Below are positions 1 to 12,579 of a stretch of DNA of 64,000 bases, piece by piece (the first letter of the stretch is position 1; the number at the start of each line of letters is the position of its first letter). The notes under the pieces are model-generated. The model made no database searches. It had not been told where the DNA came from and saw only the letters and a list, made by a program, of their open reading frames with translations. This DNA is from Steroidobacteraceae bacterium (GTDB lineage: Bacteria > Pseudomonadota > Gammaproteobacteria > Steroidobacterales > Steroidobacteraceae), in the NCBI GenBank assembly GCA_035518275.1, contig DATIXU010000108.1, positions 2,039 to 66,038 of the forward strand. Reading direction: 5' to 3'. The position numbers were made by a program, and so were the translations under genes.

Positions 1-2
1 AC

Positions 3-1121
3 GCGGCCTCCTTCATCGAGTGGTTCGCCGAAGAAGGCAAGCGGCTCTATGGCGATGTGATCCCCGGCCACCAGGTCGACAAGCGCATCCTCGTGCTGCG
101 CCAGCCCGTGGGCGTGGTGGCCTGCATCACGCCGTGGAATTTCCCGGCGGCGATGATCACCCGCAAGGTCGGGCCGGCGCTCGCGGCCGGCTGCACCGTG
201 GTGGTGAAGCCCGCGAGCCAGACGCCCTATTCGGCGCTGGCGCTCGCGGCGTTGGCGGCGCGCGCGGGCCTGCCCCCCGGAGTCCTCAACATCATCACCG
301 GAGACGCGGCCGCGATCGGCGGGGAGATGACTTCCAACCCGATCGTGCGCAAGCTGAGCTTCACCGGCTCGACCGCCATCGGCAAGAAGCTGATGGCGCA
401 GTGCTCGGGCACGGTCAAGAAGCTCTCGCTCGAGCTCGGCGGCAACGCGCCCTTCATCGTGTTCGACGATGCCGATCTCGATGCCGCGGTGGCCGGCGCC
501 ATCGCCAGCAAGTATCGCAACACCGGCCAGACCTGCGTGTGCGCCAACCGCCTGCTGGTGCACGCGCCGGTGTACGAGGAGTTCACGCGCAAGCTCATGC
601 ACGCGGTGGCGCAGCTGCGGGTAGGTGACGGACTCAAGGGCCCCACCGACCAGGGCCCGCTGATCGACGTGAAGGCGCTCGCCAAGGTGGAAGAGCACAT
701 CGCGGACGCGGTGGCCAAGGGCGCGCGTGTGGCGGCGGGCGGCAGGCGCCACGCGCTCGGCGGCACGTTCTTCCAGCCGACCATCCTCACCGACGTCACC
801 CCCCAGATGCAGGTGGCGCGCGAGGAGACCTTCGGCCCGGTGGCTCCGCTGTTCCGCTTCGCGACCGAGGCGGACGCGGTGCGCATGGCGAACGACACCG
901 AGTTCGGCCTGGCGGCCTACTTCTATACACGGGATCTGGCGCGCTCGTGGCGCGTGGCCGAGGCACTCGAGTACGGCATCGTGGGCCTCAACACCGGCAT
1001 CATCTCCACCGAGGTCGCGCCGTTCGGCGGCATCAAGGAGTCCGGCACCGGCCGGGAGGGCTCGCGCTACGGGATCCTCGATTACACCGAGCTCAAGTAT
1101 CTGTGCGTGGGCCTGAGCTAG
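3..1121 (+). CDS. gabD: Succinate-semialdehyde / NAD(P)+ aldehyde dehydrogenase family, 5' end cut by the window edge
   Basis: Frame is open from nt 3 (AASFIEWFAEEGKRLYGD...) to TAG at 1119-1121. ALDH motifs LELGGNAP, catalytic Cys box GQTCVCANR and EETFGP are present. Confidence 0.88.
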   Translation, partial: AASFIEWFAEEGKRLYGDVIPGHQVDKRILVLRQPVGVVACITPWNFPAAMITRKVGPALAAGCTVVVKPASQTPYSALALAALAARAGLPPGVLNIITGDAAAIGGEMTSNPIVRKLSFTGSTAIGKKLMAQCSGTVKKLSLELGGNAPFIVFDDADLDAAVAGAIASKYRNTGQTCVCANRLLVHAPVYEEFTRKLMHAVAQLRVGDGLKGPTDQGPLIDVKALAKVEEHIADAVAKGARVAAGGRRHALGGTFFQPTILTDVTPQMQVAREETFGPVAPLFRFATEADAVRMANDTEFGLAAYFYTRDLARSWRVAEALEYGIVGLNTGIISTEVAPFGGIKESGTGREGSRYGILDYTELKYLCVGLS

Positions 1122-1146
1122 CTCGGCGCCGCGCGGCGTCGGCCTC

Positions 1147-2217
1147 ATGCGCTACGTGAGCTCTCCGGACTTCCAGCACGACGGCGCCGAGCGCATCGGC
1201 ATTCTTCTCATCAACTCCGGCACTCCCGAAGCCGCCACGCCGGCGGCGGTGCGCCGCTATCTCAGGCGCTTCCTCTCCGACCCGCGCGTGGTCGAGCTGC
1301 CGCGCGCTCTGTGGCTGCCGATCCTCTACGGACTGGTGCTGACGCTGCGGCCGGCGCGGGTCGCGCGCAGGTACCGCAGAATCTGGTCCGAGGCCGGCTC
1401 GCCGCTCCGTGATCTGTCCGAGCGATTGCGCGCGGCGCTCACCACTACGCTCGCCCAGCACGTGCTGGCGCCGCTGTCGGTGGAGCTCGGCATGCTCTAC
1501 AGCCCGCCCTCGGTCGCCGCCGCGCTCGGCCGGCTGCGTGCCTCGGGTGCGCAGCGCATTCTGGTGGTGCCGCTCTTCCCACAGTACTGCGGCGCCACCA
1601 CCGGCGCGGCCTACGATCAGGTGAGCGAGGAGCTCAGGCACTGGCGCTGGCTGCCGGAGCTGCGCTTGGTCGCCGGGTACCACGATCATCCCGGCTACAT
1701 CGAGGCGCTGCGCGCGAGCGTCGCCGAGCACTGGAGCCGCGCGGGCCGCGCGGGGCATCTGCTCATGTCGTTCCACGGGATCCCTGAGCGCTACTTCTCG
1801 GCCGGCGACCCGTATTTCTGCAAATGCCAGAAGACCGCGCGCCTGCTGGCGGATGAGCTGATGCTGCGTGAGAGCGAATGGAGCGTCGCCTTCCAGTCGC
1901 GCTTCGGGCCGAGCGCGTGGCTCAAGCCCTATACGCGCGAGGTGCTGATGAGCATGCCCGCGCGCGGCGCGCGCACCGTGACGGTCGTCTGCCCGGGCTT
2001 TGCGGTCGACTGCCTCGAGACGCTCGAGGAGATCGCCATCGAGAACCGCGAGTGCTTCATGCGCGCCGGCGGCGAGCGCTTCGAGTACGTGCCGGCGCTG
2101 AACGCGCTCCCCGCGCACGCGCAGGCCCTGAGCGAGCTGATCGTCGAGCACTGCCAGGGCTGGACGCACCTCGAGCACGGACGGCTGCCGAACGCGGCGC
2201 GCGGTGCCTCCGCCTGA
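1147..2217 (+). CDS. hemH: Ferrochelatase
   Basis: 356 aa. N-terminus IGILLINSGTPEAATPAAVRRYLRRFLSDPRVVELP and later LVVPLFPQY, MSFHGIPERY and GFAVDCLETLEEI are typical of HemH. Confidence 0.92.
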   Translation: MRYVSSPDFQHDGAERIGILLINSGTPEAATPAAVRRYLRRFLSDPRVVELPRALWLPILYGLVLTLRPARVARRYRRIWSEAGSPLRDLSERLRAALTTTLAQHVLAPLSVELGMLYSPPSVAAALGRLRASGAQRILVVPLFPQYCGATTGAAYDQVSEELRHWRWLPELRLVAGYHDHPGYIEALRASVAEHWSRAGRAGHLLMSFHGIPERYFSAGDPYFCKCQKTARLLADELMLRESEWSVAFQSRFGPSAWLKPYTREVLMSMPARGARTVTVVCPGFAVDCLETLEEIAIENRECFMRAGGERFEYVPALNALPAHAQALSELIVEHCQGWTHLEHGRLPNAARGASA

Positions 2218-2954
2218 TGGCGCACGCCCCGCTGCCGCCACCCGGGCGGTTTCACGAGGTGAGCCTCGCGACCGACGATATCCGCGCGTCGGTGGAGTTC
2301 TACGAGCGGCTCGGCTTCTCCCAGACCGTCACGACCGACACCTACGCGCATCCCTACGGTGTGCTGACCGACGGCCGGGTCTACATCGGCCTGCACCAGC
2401 GGCGTGCAGCCACCCCCACCCTCACCTTCGTGCGGCCCGGCGTCGCCGCGAGTCTCGCCGAGTTCACCGCTCTCGGGATCGAGCTCACGGTGTGCCGCAC
2501 CGGGGAAGAGGTATTCAACGAGATCGGGTTCGAGGGGCCGCACGGGGAATCGGTGCGGGTGATCGAGGCGCGCACCTACTCGCCCGCCGTGCGCTCCCGG
2601 GGCGAGGTCTCGCTGTGCGGCGACTTCGCGCAGCTCTCCCTGCCGGCGACCGACTTCGCCGCGGCGCGTGACTTCTGGGAGCCGCTCGGCTTCGTCGCGA
2701 CCGACGAGGCGGAGGCACCCTACGGGCATCTGCCGCTCACCAGCGACACCCTGGAGCTGGCCTTCCACCGCCCGCGCACCTTCGCGGCGCCTCTGCTCGT
2801 GTTCCGCGCGGCCGATATGCGCGCGCGGATCGAGCGGCTGCGCTCGCTCGGCGTGGCCGAGGAATCACTGCCGCGCGGCATCGCCCGCGAGACCAACGCG
2901 TTGCTCTCGAGCCCCGAAGGCACACAACTGCTGCTGCTCTCGGATAGCGAATGA
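2217..2954 (+). CDS. VOC/glyoxalase-family protein (two glyoxalase-like repeats)
   Basis: ATG at 2217 overlaps the hemH TGA (ATGA-type coupling). FHEVSLATDDIRASVEFYERLGF and LSLPATDFAAARDFWEPLGF are two beta-alpha-beta-beta-beta VOC starts. Confidence 0.72.
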   Translation: MAHAPLPPPGRFHEVSLATDDIRASVEFYERLGFSQTVTTDTYAHPYGVLTDGRVYIGLHQRRAATPTLTFVRPGVAASLAEFTALGIELTVCRTGEEVFNEIGFEGPHGESVRVIEARTYSPAVRSRGEVSLCGDFAQLSLPATDFAAARDFWEPLGFVATDEAEAPYGHLPLTSDTLELAFHRPRTFAAPLLVFRAADMRARIERLRSLGVAEESLPRGIARETNALLSSPEGTQLLLLSDSE

Positions 2955-2987
2955 CGGGGGTTGCCGCAGCGTGTCCGGCGCCACGCA

Positions 2988-3722
2988 TCAGCGCGCGCCG
3001 CCTGCGGCGCGCGCCACGATCCGGAAGCGCACGCGCATCTCGTCCTGCACCGCGAGCGCGCCGAGGAGGGCGGTGAAGGGCGTGAGGCCGAGCTCGCTCT
3101 GCCGCAACGCAGCCTCACCCGTCAGCGTGACCGTGTCTCCGGCGATCTGGTAGCGCACCGGAACGCTGATCGTGCGGTGCTGGTCGCGCACCTGCGCATC
3201 GAGCCAGGCCACGACCGCGCCCGGCGCGCCGGCTGCCGGCGCCTCGAGCCGCTCGGAGCGCAGCACGACCTCGGGGTACTCCGCCGCATCGAGCACGGCG
3301 GGACCGAGCATGTTGCGCCGCGTGCCGTCACGCGCCGACTGCGGCAGCTGCGGCTGAAAGTCGCCGCCTGTCTCCCGTGCGCGCAGCTCCGGCTCGTCCA
3401 CCGTCAGCTCCGCCACCGCCAGGTGCAGCTCGATGCTGCTCTTCAGCACCTCGCCGGGCACGTAGACCGTTCCGGCGAGCGTGTGGGAGGCGATGAGGTG
3501 GTTGTGCCCGGCGCTCGCGAGCGTGCCACCGCGGTAGACCCGCACGGTGAGCAGCGACTCCGCCGCGGCGATGTCGTAAGGCCTGCCCGTGTGCGGCGCG
3601 ACCGGAGCAGGCGGCGCCGCGTGCACCTGCGACGGGGGCGGCGGCGGACGCGTCGGGCAGCCGCTGAGCGCGCCCGCCAGGAACAGCGTGGCGGCGACGC
3701 GAATCTTGCAACCGCCGCTCAC
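2988..3722 (-). CDS. YceI-like lipoprotein
   Basis: Lipobox LAGALSGC follows a K/R n-region and a YceI-like body (LLTVRVYRGG...HNHLIASH...). The GTG at 3722 gives a normal lipoprotein signal. The TTG at 3743 from the ORF track is an alternative start. Confidence 0.68.
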   Translation of the reverse strand: MSGGCKIRVAATLFLAGALSGCPTRPPPPPSQVHAAPPAPVAPHTGRPYDIAAAESLLTVRVYRGGTLASAGHNHLIASHTLAGTVYVPGEVLKSSIELHLAVAELTVDEPELRARETGGDFQPQLPQSARDGTRRNMLGPAVLDAAEYPEVVLRSERLEAPAAGAPGAVVAWLDAQVRDQHRTISVPVRYQIAGDTVTLTGEAALRQSELGLTPFTALLGALAVQDEMRVRFRIVARAAGGAR

Positions 3723-3742
3723 GCCTTTAAGCTTAAGGTCCA

Positions 3743-4294
3743 ATGGCCCTCCGCAACACGACTCACCGCTGGGGCGCGATCGCGCAAACCTTCCACTGGG
3801 TCATCGTCGCGCTGATCATCGCGCAGGTCACCCTCGCCGAGATGGCCGACGATCTGCCGAACGGCCTGCGCAAGCTGACCCTGCTGGCGCGCCACAAGTC
3901 GATCGGTATCACGATCCTCGGCCTCGTGATCCTGCGCCTCGCGTGGCGCTGGCTGAGCGAGCATCCGCCCCTGCCGGAGAACCTCAAGCGCTATGAGCTG
4001 GCCCTGGCGCGCTTCAGCCACGTGGCGCTCTACGTGCTGCTGCTCGCGGTGCCGCTCACGGGCTGGATGTTCTCCTCGGCGCGTGGGTTCCCGGTGAGCT
4101 GGTTCGGGTTCTTCCAGCTGCCGGACCTGGTGCCGAAGAGCCGCCCCCTCTACGACGCGCTGCAGATGACGCATCACACGCTCGCCTGGACGCTCATCGC
4201 AGTGATCACGCTGCATGTGATCGGCGCCCTCAAGCATCATTTCTGGCACAAGGACGACGTGCTCAAGCGCATGTTGCCGTTCACGCGCCACTGA
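3743..4294 (+). CDS. Cytochrome b561 family protein
   Basis: 183 aa with four predicted TM helices. Conserved His positions (TFHWVIVALI, ARHKSIG, MTHHTLAW, LHVIGALKHH) are typical of CybB-type cytochrome b561. It is followed by a yceI gene, as is common. Confidence 0.85.
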   Translation: MALRNTTHRWGAIAQTFHWVIVALIIAQVTLAEMADDLPNGLRKLTLLARHKSIGITILGLVILRLAWRWLSEHPPLPENLKRYELALARFSHVALYVLLLAVPLTGWMFSSARGFPVSWFGFFQLPDLVPKSRPLYDALQMTHHTLAWTLIAVITLHVIGALKHHFWHKDDVLKRMLPFTRH

Positions 4295-4308
4295 CGAGGA
4301 GTCCCTGC

Positions 4309-4902
4309 ATGCGCCCCCCGATCCTCTGCCGGCTGCTCGCCGCGGCATCGCTCGCCGTCGGCCTGGACGCCGCCGCGGCCCCGCCCCTGACCTCGCATTA
4401 CACCCTCGATCCCGCGAACAGCTCACTCGAGTTCATCTTCCTGCAGGCGGGCGCGAAGAACACCGGGCGTTTTCCGCGCTTCTCGGTGACTCTGGATTCC
4501 TCAGGCGCCGATCCGACGGGCGGGCGGCTCGAGGTCACGGTGGACGTCGCGGCGCTCGATACCGGTGACAAGGACCGTGACGACACGCTGCGGAGCGATG
4601 ACCTGTTCGACGTGAAGCACTTCCCCCAGGCGCACTTCCTCGCCACGCAGATCGTGAAGACCGGGGGCGGCTACGAGGCTGTCGGCGCGCTCACCATCCG
4701 TGGCATGACGCGGGAGACCAGGGTGCCGTTTACGTTCCGCGAGGCCACCGAGGGCGGCGCAACGGTCGGCTACCTGGCTGGCAGGACGATCGTGCGCCGG
4801 CTCGACTTCGGCGTCGGCCAGGGCGAGTGGCAGGCCACCGACCAGGCGGGGAACGAGGTCACCGTGTCATTCACGCTGCGCCTGACGCGCGCCGCGCCCT
4901 GA
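4309..4902 (+). CDS. YceI family periplasmic polyisoprenoid-binding protein
   Basis: Signal peptide MRPPILCRLLAAASLAVGLDAAAA. YceI hallmarks YTLDPANSSLEF, RDDTLRSDDLFDVKHFPQAHF and LTIRGMTRE are present. Confidence 0.85.
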   Translation: MRPPILCRLLAAASLAVGLDAAAAPPLTSHYTLDPANSSLEFIFLQAGAKNTGRFPRFSVTLDSSGADPTGGRLEVTVDVAALDTGDKDRDDTLRSDDLFDVKHFPQAHFLATQIVKTGGGYEAVGALTIRGMTRETRVPFTFREATEGGATVGYLAGRTIVRRLDFGVGQGEWQATDQAGNEVTVSFTLRLTRAAP

Positions 4903-4942
4903 TCACCTGATGTAGCAGCCGCTCACGTGCCGCTGCGGATGG

Positions 4943-5407
4943 CTAACAAGCCGTCCCGTCGCGGCGCGTCATCCGGCCGCCCACGTAAGCGAGATCCACC
5001 TCGGGGTCGGAGTAGCTCGCCCGGTCCTCCGGGTCGCGGTTGCTCACCTCGAGATACACCGCCGGACGGTCGCTGCGGTTGACGAGCTGATGCCCGTCCT
5101 CGAGGCCCGCCGGGAAGCCGGCGCACATGCCGGCCATGAGCAGCTGCTCACCGGCGCCGGTGCGCAGCACCACTTCGCCCTCGAGCACGTAGACGAACTC
5201 ATCCTCGCGCGTGTGCCAGTGCCGCATCGAGGACTCCTTCCCCGGCGGCAACGTCGTCTGGTTGACGCCGATGCGCGTCAGGCCGAAGGCATCGCCGAGG
5301 GCGCGCTTCTCGCGCGGCAACACGCGCGAACGATAGGGTTCCGGATAGCCGGAGCGGCTGAGCGCCGCCACGCTGCCTGCCTCGAGCGCCGGCTTGTGCA
5401 CTGCCAT
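4943..5407 (-). CDS. Cupin domain protein
   Basis: Cupin motifs HWHTREDEFVYVLEGE and GFPAG.EDGHQLVN are present. The ATG at 5407 (MAVHKPALEAG) is preferred over the upstream extension. Confidence 0.75.
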   Translation of the reverse strand: MAVHKPALEAGSVAALSRSGYPEPYRSRVLPREKRALGDAFGLTRIGVNQTTLPPGKESSMRHWHTREDEFVYVLEGEVVLRTGAGEQLLMAGMCAGFPAGLEDGHQLVNRSDRPAVYLEVSNRDPEDRASYSDPEVDLAYVGGRMTRRDGTAC

Positions 5408-5478
5408 GTCCCGCTCCTCAAGCGCTGCGCGCGCGGTTGACGCGCGTCGGTGGCTTCGGGGAGCATGCCACAAGTCGC

Positions 5479-7640
5479 ATGCCTGAAGTATTCAACGATG
5501 TCGGCCACTGCGTCGACGCGGTACTGCGCCGCGTGGGGCCGCGCATCGTGCTCGCGTTGCCGCTCGCCATCGGCAAGCCCATCCCGTTCGTCAACGAGCT
5601 CTATCGGCGGGCGCTGCGCGACCCTTCGCTCAACCTGACGATCCTCACGGCGCTGTCGCTGCTCAAGCCCGTGGCGCGCGCCCCGCTCGAGGCGCGCCTG
5701 CTCGATCCCCTGGTCGCGCGGGTGTTCGGCAGCTACATCGACCCGGAGTACGCGCGCGCGGTGCGCGCCGGCCGGGTGCCCCCCAACGTGCGCGTGATCG
5801 AGTTCTTCCTCACGCCGGGCGCGTTCCTCGGCGCGCTGCACGCCCAGCGCAACTACCTCTGCGCCAACTACACCCACGTCCAGCGCGAGGTCCTGAAGCA
5901 GGGCGTCAACGTGGTGGCGGGGCTGGTCGCACGCCGCACGGTGAACGGCCAGATGGCGCTCAGCTATGGCTCCAACCCCGACGTGATCGTGGACCTGCTG
6001 CCGCAGCTCGAAGCGGCGCGGCTCGCCGGGCGCGAGGTGGTGACGGTCGGGGAGGTCCACGCGCAGATGCCCTTCATGACCGGGCACGCGCAGATCGACC
6101 CGGCGCGTTTCGACTTTCTCATCGACGACCCGCGCTACGACTTCGATCTCTTTTGTCCGCCCAATCCGCCGATCGGCACCGCCGACCACGCCATCGGCAT
6201 GTACGTGAGCGGCCTGGTGCGCGACGGCGGCACGCTGCAGATCGGCATCGGCGAGCTCGGCGACTCGCTGGCATATACGCTGCTGCTGCGGCATCAGCAG
6301 AACGCCGCCTGGGTGAGCGCGCTCAGTGCGCTCGGCGTGCGCGAGGCCGAGCGGCTCATGCGCGACGAGGGCGGTTTGGAGCCCTTCGCGAGCGGCCTGT
6401 TCGCCTCCACGGAGATGTTCGTCGACCAGCTGCTCGAGCTCTACCGTGCCGGCATCCTGCGCCGCCGCGTCTACGATTCGCTCCCCCTCGAGCGGCTGCT
6501 GGCGACGGGGACCACGGCTGAGCGTTTCGACACGGGCATTCTCGAGCGGCTCGTGGCGGCCGGCGTGGGACCGCGCCTCACCGAGGCCGAGTTCGCCGAC
6601 CTCCGGCACCACGGGGTATTCCGCGAGGAGGTGGAGTTCGACGGCGGGCGCCTGCGGGTGTCGGGCGGCGAGTGGATCGGCGCTGACCTCGCCGATGCGG
6701 GCTGCCGCGCAGCCATCGCCGCGCAGTGCCTCGGGCGCGAGCTGCGCAACGGCGTGGTGCTGCACGCCGGCTTCTTCATGGGTCCGCGCGCCTTCTACGC
6801 GGCGCTGCGCGACCTGCCGGAAAGCGACCGCGTGCAGCTCGACATGTGCGGGGTCGCCTTCCTCAACCAGCTGTATGGCCCGGACCAGGAGCTGCGCATC
6901 CTGCAGCGCCGGGCGGGGCGCTTCGTCAACACGACCATGCTGGTGACGCTGCTCGGGGCGGCGGTGTCGGATGCGCTCGAGAGCGGCCAGGTGGTCTCGG
7001 GCGTCGGCGGGCAATACAACTTCGTCGCCATGGCGCACGCGCTGCCGGACGCGCGCTCGATCCTGTGCGTGCGTGCGACCCATACGCGCCACGGCCGCAC
7101 CACCTCCAACATCGTCTGGAGATACGGCCACGAGACGATCCCGCGCCACCTGCGCGACATCGTGGTCACCGAGTACGGCATCGCTGACCTGCGCGGCCGC
7201 ACCGACGAGGAGATCATCATGGCGATGCTTGCGGTCGCCGATTCGCGCTTCCAGGAAGAGCTGCTGGCGCAGGCGAAGGCCAACGGCAAGATCCGTCCCG
7301 ACTACCGCATCCCGGAGGCCTGCCGCGACAACACGCCGGCGCGCCTCAACCGCGCGCTCGCGGAGCACCGCCGGCAGGGATTCTTCAGCGCCTACCCCTT
7401 CGGCACCGACCTCACCGCCGAGGAGATCGCGCTTGGCGCGGCGCTCATGTTTCTCGACGCCCGTACCGGAACTCTCCGGGGAAAACTCGCGACCGTCGCA
7501 GCCGCCGTCTGGCGCGGAAATCCCGCGCCCCGGCACGCCGCCGCACTCAAGCGCATGGGGCTCGATCAGCCGGGCCGCATGAGCGAGCGGCTCGAGCAGC
7601 GGCTGGTCGTGCTCGGGCTCGATGCCACCGCCCGAGCACC

Positions 7641-7644
<4 letters not shown>
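5479..7644 (+). CDS. Acetyl-CoA hydrolase/transferase family protein
   Basis: Long ORF with family-typical segments ([35 protein letters not shown]). The ORF-track start at 5437 is TTG, so the ATG at 5479 was chosen. Confidence 0.78.
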
Positions 7645-9821
<2,177 letters not shown>

Positions 9822-9879
9822 GACAACCTCTCGTACAGCTTGAGACTCACCCGCACGGGCCGGGTGCGCAGCATAGCCT

Positions 9880-10770
9880 CTAACCGTGCAGCTCTGCGAG
9901 CAGCCGCTGGATCATGGCAAGCGCCCGGTGCGCGTAGCTCTCGCCGAACAGGTTGGCGTGGTTCAGCACGTGATAAAGGTTATAAAGGTCGAGGCGCAGC
10001 TCGGCCCCGTGCGGCAGCGGAGCCGCACCCCCATATGCCCGGTAGAAGCGCGCGCCGAAGCCCCCGAAGAGCTGCGTCATGGCGAGATCCGTCTCGCGGT
10101 CCCCGTAGTAGACCGCCGGGTCGAAGATCACCGGATCGCCGTCGCGGGTGGCGAGCCAGTTGCCGCCCCACAGATCCCCGTGAAGGAGCGACGCCTCCGG
10201 GCGATGCGTCGCGAGGAGCGCCCCGACCCCGGCGAGCAGCCGCTCGCCGGGCGCTTCCAAAAGCGGGCCGAAGCCATTGGCCATGGCGAGCTCGAGCTGC
10301 GGCCGCAGCCGCCGCTCGCGGAAGAACTCGGCCCAGGATGCCGTCGGGCCGTTCGCCTGCGGCGTGCGGCCGATGGTGTTGTCACGCCGCCAGCCGTGCT
10401 CCGGGGCGGTGACGGCGTGCTGCGCCGCGAGCCCGGCGCCCAAGCACTCTTCGCTCTCGCCGGTGGCGGCGCCGGCCTCGAGCCACTCGAGCGCGAGAAA
10501 GGCCGATGCCCCGCTGCGTCCGCATGCCAGCACGCGCGGCACCCGCACGGCGTGCGCCCGCGCGAGCTCGGCGAGCCCCGCCGCCTCGGCCTCGAGCATG
10601 GAGCTCGCGGCGCTCTCAGCCACCTTGACGAATATGGGGCCCGAGCGGCTCGGCCAGCGATAGCAGCGGTTGATGCTGCCGCCGGCGACACGCTCCGCCG
10701 GCTCGGGCGAGAGCTCGAGGCCCGTGAGACGCGTCAGCTCGCCCGCGACCGACGCGTCAATCAGGCGCAC
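9880..10770 (-). CDS. Fructosamine/ketosamine kinase family protein
   Basis: [20 protein letters not shown] and [15 protein letters not shown] match the fructosamine kinase family. Confidence 0.85.
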   Translation of the reverse strand: MRLIDASVAGELTRLTGLELSPEPAERVAGGSINRCYRWPSRSGPIFVKVAESAASSMLEAEAAGLAELARAHAVRVPRVLACGRSGASAFLALEWLEAGAATGESEECLGAGLAAQHAVTAPEHGWRRDNTIGRTPQANGPTASWAEFFRERRLRPQLELAMANGFGPLLEAPGERLLAGVGALLATHRPEASLLHGDLWGGNWLATRDGDPVIFDPAVYYGDRETDLAMTQLFGGFGARFYRAYGGAAPLPHGAELRLDLYNLYHVLNHANLFGESYAHRALAMIQRLLAELHG

Positions 10771-11657
10771 GCCGCGGGCAGCTGTGCCAGGCGAGCCCCC
10801 TGTGCGCGCAGGAACGGGCCGAAACCGAGCCGGTCATAGAGCCGCGACAGCCCCGGGAGATCGGGTGCGCGGCGCCGCAATCCCTCGGCGCCGACGCCGA
10901 TCGGAAGGTCGCAGCTGATGCGGGTGAGGCGCTGCGCCAGATACACCGCCTCTCGATGCTCGGCGAGGCGCGCGCCGAGCGTGCCCGCGCCGCGGATCCT
11001 GAGGCGCGCGACGCGTTCGAGATCGTCGTAGAGCTCGTCGAGCGAGGCAAAGGCCTTCATGAGCGAGGCGGCGGTGCGGTGTCCGACGCCCGGCACGCCC
11101 GGGATGTTGTCGGACTCATCGCCGGCGAGCGCCAGGTAATCGGCGAAGCGCTCCGGCCGCACCCCGAAGTGGTGCTCGATGTCGTGATAGCCGAACTGCC
11201 CGCGGGCGCCGAAGTCCCAGAACACATCCCCATCGCGCATCAGCTGCGCGAGATCCTTGTCGCGGGTGATGAAGGCGGCACGGATGCCGGCGGCGCGCAT
11301 CGTGCGTGCCAGGGTGCCGATGATGTCGTCGGCTTCGTACTCGGGATAGACGAACTCCGCGACACCCAGATGCCGGCAGACCTCGCGGCAGCGGCCGAAC
11401 TGCTGCGTCAGCGCTGCCGGTGCCGGCTCGCGGTTGGCCTTGTACGCCGGGTAGATCCCGCGCCGGTAGGAATGGGGGCTGCGCTGGTCGAAGGCGACCG
11501 CGATGTGGGTCGGGCGCACGCGCTCGATGAGATCGCCCAGGAAACGCGTGAAGCCGAACACCGCGTGCGTGGGATTGCCGTCCGCGTCGCGCATGTCGGG
11601 CAGCATCGAGTGATAGGCGCGGAAGACGTAGACCGAGGCGTCGACCAGGAAAATCAC
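10761..11657 (-). CDS. 5'-3' exonuclease (Pol I N-terminal-like / flap endonuclease family)
   Basis: VIFLVDASVYVFRAYH, AVAFD, EADDIIGT, and H3TH segment LAGDESDNIPGVPGVG. The GTG at 11657 is preceded by AGGAG at 6 nt. The 3' end overlaps the next gene by 10 nt. Confidence 0.85.
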   Translation of the reverse strand: MIFLVDASVYVFRAYHSMLPDMRDADGNPTHAVFGFTRFLGDLIERVRPTHIAVAFDQRSPHSYRRGIYPAYKANREPAPAALTQQFGRCREVCRHLGVAEFVYPEYEADDIIGTLARTMRAAGIRAAFITRDKDLAQLMRDGDVFWDFGARGQFGYHDIEHHFGVRPERFADYLALAGDESDNIPGVPGVGHRTAASLMKAFASLDELYDDLERVARLRIRGAGTLGARLAEHREAVYLAQRLTRISCDLPIGVGAEGLRRRAPDLPGLSRLYDRLGFGPFLRAQGARLAQLPAACA

Positions 11658-11846
11658 GCGCGGCTCCTGGCTCCTTGAAGGGTGCGCGGAGGACCTTAGC
11701 AGGTGCCGCCCCCGATCGTCACGCGCTTGCGTTGGGCCACGGGCGCCGACTGCGCATAGTCCATTCGGCAATGGTTAGGCAAGTGACTAACTGTCGCCGG
11801 GAGGAACTATCAACGCTGCGCCGACGAGCCGTGGCAGGTGGCAGGC

Positions 11847-12503
11847 TCAGGACAGGTACGCGCGGATACGGTCGTGCAGCGGGCTGGTGCGCGGGAAGTG
11901 CGCGACGAGATATTCCATCTGGTCGGCCAGCACGCGTCGGCCCTTGAGGAAGATGTATTCGGCGTAGGTCGGCGTGAACGGCACCGCAATCAGCTGCATG
12001 CGCGCCTGCTCGGGGGTGCGCGAGGCCTTCTGGTTGTTGCAGCGGCGGCAGGAGGCGACCACGTTGGTCCAGATGTCGGCGCCGCCCTGGCTGAAGGGAC
12101 GGATGTGATCGCGCGACAGCTCGCGCGAGGGAAAGCGCAGCCCGCAGTACATGCAGAGGTAGGCATCGCGCCGGAACAGCGTCTGGTTGTTGAGCGGCGG
12201 GATGTAGTCGTGGCGCGTATTGCCGGGATTGCCGGTGTGGCCGATCGTCGCGACGATGGAGTTCACGTCCAGCACGGTACGGCGGCCGGTGCGCGCATTG
12301 GTACCGCCGAAGAGCTGGTAGAGGAGCGATCCGCACGTGTAAGCGACCTGCTCCTGGGTGTAGAGTCGCGCGGCTTCCTTGTAATCGATCCACTCGAGTG
12401 GCATGCCGGCCACGTCCGTGCGCAGGACGAGCTGCGACAGCCCGCGCGCCGCGGGGGTCGCCGCGATCACCGCGAGGTCGTCGGAGAAATCGATCCCGAG
12501 CAT
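11847..12503 (-). CDS. HNH endonuclease with an uncharacterised N-terminal domain of about 110 aa
   Basis: HNH core is CMYCG...SRDHIRPFSQGG...WTNVVASCRRCNNQK. The ATG at 12503 was chosen; the ORF-track start at 12533 is TTG. Confidence 0.75.
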   Translation of the reverse strand: MLGIDFSDDLAVIAATPAARGLSQLVLRTDVAGMPLEWIDYKEAARLYTQEQVAYTCGSLLYQLFGGTNARTGRRTVLDVNSIVATIGHTGNPGNTRHDYIPPLNNQTLFRRDAYLCMYCGLRFPSRELSRDHIRPFSQGGADIWTNVVASCRRCNNQKASRTPEQARMQLIAVPFTPTYAEYIFLKGRRVLADQMEYLVAHFPRTSPLHDRIRAYLS

Positions 12504-12579
12504 GGCGCTGTAAGATACGGCACTTTTGTGCAAGAATTCAACATCGCAAGGTCTTAATTAAATTGAAATTTTCCAGTCA

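Noticed and set aside
2991-3014. 24-bp near-perfect GC palindrome (11-bp arms, 2-nt centre) between the VOC gene and the YceI-like gene
   Set aside because: It lies inside the last codons of the YceI-like CDS and has no flanking U/T tract on either strand. It might act as a bidirectional hairpin, but I cannot support a terminator call from sequence alone.
11847-12533. HNH gene as part of a mobile element, homing cassette or restriction-modification/defence island
   Set aside because: There is no methylase, integrase, transposase, flanking direct or inverted repeat, or adjacent tRNA. By eye its GC content and codon third positions do not differ visibly from neighbouring core genes.
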